A stretch of 64,000 bases of DNA from Vicinamibacterales bacterium (GTDB lineage: Bacteria; Acidobacteriota; Vicinamibacteria; Vicinamibacterales; UBA8438): NCBI GenBank assembly GCA_965203565.1, contig OZ241896.1, positions 553,707 to 617,706 on the forward strand, written 5' to 3'. The notes below the pieces were generated by a model, which did no database searches, was not told where the DNA came from, and was given only the letters and a program-made list of their open reading frames with translations. Of the stretch, positions 60,250 through 64,000 are shown piece by piece. The translations under genes and the position numbers were made by a program. Within the stretch, counting starts at the first letter, position 1; the number at the start of each line of letters is the position of its first letter.

Positions 60250-61992
60250 CTATCTGCCGGGCTGCTCCGTCGCCGCGTCCACGGCGCGCGACCCGCTCAG
60301 AATGTTGGTCATGCCGTAGTTGCCTTCATGGCACGCGTACTCGACCAGCTCGTACTGGCTGTCGTCCTTCTCGAATCTGAACATCGCGGTCCACGGCCTC
60401 GTCCAGACCTTCGGATCGTCGATGGTGAACCGGTACTCGAGCATGCCGGGACCGATGCGCGTGTACCGCTCGGTCAGCTTGAGGTCCTCGGTGGACCCCC
60501 GGTACGACGCGCGGCCGTTGAAGTTGGTCGTCTCTATGACGAGCGTGTCGCCCTCCCACCGGCCCTGCGGGACGCCCAGCCAGAGCTTGAGGTCCGGCCC
60601 GGCGGCCGGCCGCGGCGTGGTCGGAACGAGCCGCGTCTCGTGGATCATCTCCTTCGTGATCGCGACGTATCCCGGCCCCTGCGCAATCTGCAGTCCGTTG
60701 TTGTAGACCGACGGCATCATCATCGACGGCAGGCCGCGCGTGATGCACCGGACGTACGGCGTCAGGTCTTCGGGGCCCGCCGACGGCCCGCGCGTGTACG
60801 CCCGCAACTCCATTTCGGTCTTCCTGGCCAGCTCCTCGCCTTCCGGCGTCAGCGGCGGGATCCGGCCGTCGGGCGGATCGATCACCATCGCCACCTGCGT
60901 GGAGACCGCGGCGTTCCCGTAGCCGAGCGTCGTGTCGCGCCACTCCCGGTCGTACCCCCAGATGCTGCCCAGCGTCCCGCCTTCGCGCCGCGCCACCGCC
61001 TCCTCGACGGTCAGCTCGTCCCCCGCGACGTCGTCGGGACGCTCGAGCGGGATGCCGTGCGAGGAGTTGCTGGTCCAGATCCCTTGCAGGTCCGGCTCGC
61101 CCCAGGACGTCCGGGGCGCTTCGTACGGTCCCTGGTCCATGGCGACCACCGGGGTCAGGTCGACCTCGACGCCGGCGAATCCGGTCTCCACCACCTCGAT
61201 GCGCACGTTGTCCGGACCGGCGACGAACGCCTGCCGCGCCGAGGTGCGGCCGTTCTCCGGGACGATCGGCTCCTGCCGGAACCGGACGCCCTGCCCGCGC
61301 ATCTCCGCCGCCGCCGCGTCGAGGTCGGAGACCATGAAGCCGAGATGGTCGATGGCGCGCCCTTCGGTGGTGGCCGGCGTGCTCCCTTCGGGATGCGCGG
61401 AAACCAGGAGCCAGACGTCGTCGAACAGCAGGCCGTCCAGCATCCCCCGTAGCGAGGCCGGCGCGCCGCCCATCACGTCGCGGTACCAGCCCAGCGTCGC
61501 TTCCGGGTCGGTGGCGCTGAGGTGGACGTGGTGGAAGCCGAGATGCTCGTGGTCCTCCACCAGCTCGATCCGGGTGCCCCACGGATCGAAGATGAAGGCG
61601 ATCTTGAACAGGCCGGGGACGTCGCGCACCATCGAGCCGTCTTCGAACCGCTGCAGCCGGATCCCCGAGCCGCGGACGCCGATCGACTCGAACTCGGCCA
61701 TCTTGGCCGTCAGGTCGGGAAACGAGAAGCCGATGTGGTTGACGCCGGTGCCCTGCGTGCCTCCCGTCGTCGCCTGCGGGACGAAGACGATCTCCACGCC
61801 GCCGCAGTCCGCGGCGTCGTCCCGGTCGGCGAGCGGCTCGCAGCCCATGTGATCGGAATACCACTCGACCCCTTTCGCGGGACTCGACGTCGTGATGTGG
61901 ACGTGGTGGTAGTCGGCCGCCCGGACCGACGCCGGCGCCAGGATGAGCGTCACTGCCGTCAGCAGCGCGAGAGCGACACGGTTCCAGGTCAT
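60250..61992 (-). CDS. Fusion protein: two VOC (glyoxalase/dioxygenase-fold) domains plus WGxPDLQG...ACHEGNY family domain (paralogue P4)
   Basis: GGAGGA precedes the ATG at 61992, and a signal peptide follows. The VOC modules are YHHVHITT...VNHIGFSF...FIFDPWGTRIELVE and FHHVHLSA...IDHLGFMV...NVRIEVVE. The C-terminal part carries TSWGEPDLQGIW, IDPPDGRIPPLTPEG, WEGDTLVIETTNFNGR and VEYACHEGNYGM. Confidence 0.75.
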   Translation of the reverse strand: MTWNRVALALLTAVTLILAPASVRAADYHHVHITTSSPAKGVEWYSDHMGCEPLADRDDAADCGGVEIVFVPQATTGGTQGTGVNHIGFSFPDLTAKMAEFESIGVRGSGIRLQRFEDGSMVRDVPGLFKIAFIFDPWGTRIELVEDHEHLGFHHVHLSATDPEATLGWYRDVMGGAPASLRGMLDGLLFDDVWLLVSAHPEGSTPATTEGRAIDHLGFMVSDLDAAAAEMRGQGVRFRQEPIVPENGRTSARQAFVAGPDNVRIEVVETGFAGVEVDLTPVVAMDQGPYEAPRTSWGEPDLQGIWTSNSSHGIPLERPDDVAGDELTVEEAVARREGGTLGSIWGYDREWRDTTLGYGNAAVSTQVAMVIDPPDGRIPPLTPEGEELARKTEMELRAYTRGPSAGPEDLTPYVRCITRGLPSMMMPSVYNNGLQIAQGPGYVAITKEMIHETRLVPTTPRPAAGPDLKLWLGVPQGRWEGDTLVIETTNFNGRASYRGSTEDLKLTERYTRIGPGMLEYRFTIDDPKVWTRPWTAMFRFEKDDSQYELVEYACHEGNYGMTNILSGSRAVDAATEQPGR

Positions 61993-62068
61993 GGCGTGAT
62001 TCCTCCTCGGATGACGCGGCCCGCGGGCCGCCGGCACTCGTGCCCCGAAGGATATCAGAGACGCGGCG

Positions 62069-62215
62069 TCAGCGTTGCTCCGGCGGCGGCGCGCACGCCG
62101 CCGCGGCCTCCCGCCGCATCACCTGCGCCCGGTGCAGCAGCACGTACAGGTCGGCGAGCCGCGGCAGCTCCGGATGCAGGCGGCGCACGAAGTCGCGCGG
62201 CTCGACGCCGGTCAT
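62069..62215 (-). CDS. Possible 48-aa ORF translationally coupled to the DUF2911-like gene
   Basis: Its ATG overlaps the upstream stop as ATGA at 62212-62215. The product is MTGVEPRDFVRRLHPELPRLADLYVLLHRAQVMRREAAAACAPPPEQR. I recognise no family, and it could be a chance ORF in GC-rich DNA. Confidence 0.25.
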   Translation of the reverse strand: MTGVEPRDFVRRLHPELPRLADLYVLLHRAQVMRREAAAACAPPPEQR

Positions 62216-62865
62216 TCTCCGATGGTGAACGGCACGGACGCAAGGACGTCGTCCCAGACGAGCGCCAGCCGTCCCCCGGCGTCGCTCACGTCGAGGAACT
62301 GCCAGGACAACTGATCGAACGAGCGGGAGGCGGTCTCGCGCCGCATCGGCATCCGGACGACGTCCCTGTCCGGCGTGTAGTAGTACGCGCCCCAGAGCGC
62401 CGCCTTGTTCTCGTAGTCGTACCGCTGCTGCGCCGGCCAGGTCGAGACGATGAACGTCCAGGGATCGGTCGCCAGGTCGATGAAGACGGTGTACTCGCCG
62501 GGCGGGATGGCCTGCGTCCCGAAGACCAGCGGCGCTTCGGTCAGAAGCTGCGTGGAGGCGTTGGCGCCGGCGCGCCAGACGGGAGCGCCGTCGCTGAGCC
62601 ATTCGGCGTAGTCGGACGGACCGAACAGGTCGCGCCCGCGCTTGATCGGGCGGCCGTAGCGGATCTCGATCCAGCGCCCCCCGACGTACCCTTCCCGCTC
62701 GTCGTGCCGCCCGCCCACCTGCGTGGCCGACCGCCCCGGCGGACTCGCCGCCCGCCGTTCCTGCGCAAGCGCGGCGACGCCGCTGCCGGCGAGCCAAACG
62801 GCCCCGAAAACCCCGACGCCCCCGAGGACCCGAACGGCGCTCCGGACGCCGGCGATGATCCGCAT
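62212..62865 (-). CDS. DUF2911-like secreted protein
   Basis: The ATG at 62865 is followed by a signal peptide. WIEIRYGRP.KRGR..FG...VWRAGANAST.L....L.FG...IP.GEYT.F and the beta-rich remainder resemble DUF2911. Confidence 0.6.
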   Translation of the reverse strand: MRIIAGVRSAVRVLGGVGVFGAVWLAGSGVAALAQERRAASPPGRSATQVGGRHDEREGYVGGRWIEIRYGRPIKRGRDLFGPSDYAEWLSDGAPVWRAGANASTQLLTEAPLVFGTQAIPPGEYTVFIDLATDPWTFIVSTWPAQQRYDYENKAALWGAYYYTPDRDVVRMPMRRETASRSFDQLSWQFLDVSDAGGRLALVWDDVLASVPFTIGE

Positions 62866-62925
62866 GGGAGCAAGATAGCGCCATCGCGCCCGGAAAGCCA
62901 TCGGCGCGCGGAGCGCTCGGGCTGT

Positions 62926-63780
62926 TCAGGGCTTGCCGAGGGAGCCGCGTTCGACCGGCGTGTCGGGCAGCCGGCCCCACAGGTTCCACGAGGCGTCGAA
63001 GCTGCGGACGCGGGGGTAGCCGAGCAGCTGCGTCAGCACGAACCAGGTGTGGGCCGACCGGATTCCGATCGCGCAGTAGGTGATCGTTCCCTTGTCGGCG
63101 GTGACGCCCCGGCCCGCGTACAGGGCCGCCAGCTCGTCCGCCGGCTTGAACGTCCCGTCCGCGGCGAGAGCATCCTCGTAGTGGATGTGGGTCGCCCCGG
63201 GGATGTGGCCGGCCCGCTCGGCGCCCTGGGGCGGTTCGAACATGAACCGTTCACCGCGGTATTCCTCGGGCGTGCGGACGTCCAGCAGGACCTGATCCGC
63301 CGCGCCCACTGCGGTCCGGACCCGAGCCTCGAGGGCGCGCAGGTCCGGATCAGGGGCGCGGGCGCGATAGGCGGCGGCGGAGACGGTCGGCTCCTCGGTC
63401 GTCAGCGCGTGTCCGTCGACGACCCACTTCCTGCGCCCGCCATTGAGGACGCGCACGTCGGCGTGGCCGACGGATCGGAGAAACCAGAACACCCACGGCG
63501 CCATGGCGCCGTGGTCGCTGCAGGCGACGACGGTGGTGTCGTTGGCGATGCCCGAACGGCCGCAGAGCGCCTCCACCGACTCCTTGTCGAAATTGACGCT
63601 CCAGTCCGGCTTGAGCAGGGTCCCGGGACCGCTCCAGAACACCGCCCCGGGGATGTGGCCCGACTGGTGCGGCGCCGGGTCGAAATGCGCGTCCACGATG
63701 CGCACCCGCGGATCGTTCAGATGGGCGGCGACCCAGTCGGTTTCAACCAGGGCTTCGGGGTGGGCGTACGCTTTCGTCAT
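62926..63780 (-). CDS. Two-domain rhodanese (thiosulfate/3-mercaptopyruvate sulfurtransferase)
   Basis: The 284-aa ORF has the start LVETDWVAAHLNDPRVRIVD...GHIPGA. The second domain carries the active-site loop TYCAIGIRSAHTWF. Confidence 0.88.
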   Translation of the reverse strand: MTKAYAHPEALVETDWVAAHLNDPRVRIVDAHFDPAPHQSGHIPGAVFWSGPGTLLKPDWSVNFDKESVEALCGRSGIANDTTVVACSDHGAMAPWVFWFLRSVGHADVRVLNGGRRKWVVDGHALTTEEPTVSAAAYRARAPDPDLRALEARVRTAVGAADQVLLDVRTPEEYRGERFMFEPPQGAERAGHIPGATHIHYEDALAADGTFKPADELAALYAGRGVTADKGTITYCAIGIRSAHTWFVLTQLLGYPRVRSFDASWNLWGRLPDTPVERGSLGKP

Positions 63781-63796
63781 CGAAGTCGCCGGTCAG

Positions 63797-63954
63797 CAGC
63801 CCGTGGTGAAAATCCCCGCTGCATTCGAGCAGCGATGCATCCCGCCTGACGGCGTTGTTCGTCGGTTGCGTATGCCCAATATGCGCCCTCCTCACGCCTT
63901 GTCAGGCGGGCGCCTCGCCGCTCTCGGTGCGACGCGGGATTCCACCACGGGCTG
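63797..63954 (+). mobile_element. TIR element, copy 7 (158 bp), TSD TCAG
   Basis: TCAG at 63793-63796 is repeated at 63955-63958. The copy starts 16 bp upstream of the rhodanese start codon and is the most diverged intact copy. Confidence 0.85.
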
Positions 63955-64000
63955 TCAGGGCCAGAGCCGGCCGTCGGCGACCGCGGCGGCGAAGCGGACA

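Noticed and set aside
63955-64000. A possible 3' end of a minus-strand gene (…VADGRLWP-stop) at the right edge, with its stop codon inside the TCAG duplication.
   Set aside because: Only about 15 codons are visible, too little to support a call.

Overview
The window is a very GC-rich bacterial chromosomal segment (about 70% GC by eye, not computed). I call about 57 CDS and one tRNA-Ser(GCU). I found no rRNA, CRISPR array, integrase or transposase gene. Gene content resembles Acidobacteriota or Gemmatimonadota, but that is only an impression.

Housekeeping genes are clear: apaG, aat, a dapA-family gene, glcB, uvrA, lpxC, lysA, tmk, dprA-topA, leuA-leuB, and a minus-strand string rplU-rpmA-obg-nadD-rsfS-comF. 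They are interleaved with many secreted or periplasmic accessory genes:
- a five-gene PQQ/haem redox operon
- two tandem ~1000-aa CBM9/DUF5916-like proteins
- two tandem SGNH-like hydrolases
- four paralogues of an uncharacterised secreted family
- an HTH-nucleotidyltransferase pair next to an orphan PD-(D/E)xK gene

The most unusual signal is non-coding. A 159-bp element with 10-bp perfect terminal inverted repeats (CAGCCCGTGG...CCACGGGCTG) is flanked by perfect 4-bp direct duplications. It occurs as four intact copies plus four truncated or degenerate copies, all in the same orientation. It has a multi-hairpin fold, an internal near-consensus outward promoter, and an SD/anti-SD motif. One copy sits 14 bp upstream of the rplU start codon. 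The element also explains the recurrent spurious ORFs in the six-frame track (MAKVPAAFERRC... and MRRAHIGHTQ...).

CDS starts were chosen by hand inside track ORFs and are less certain than stops. All family assignments come from recognising motifs in the translations. No database search was run.
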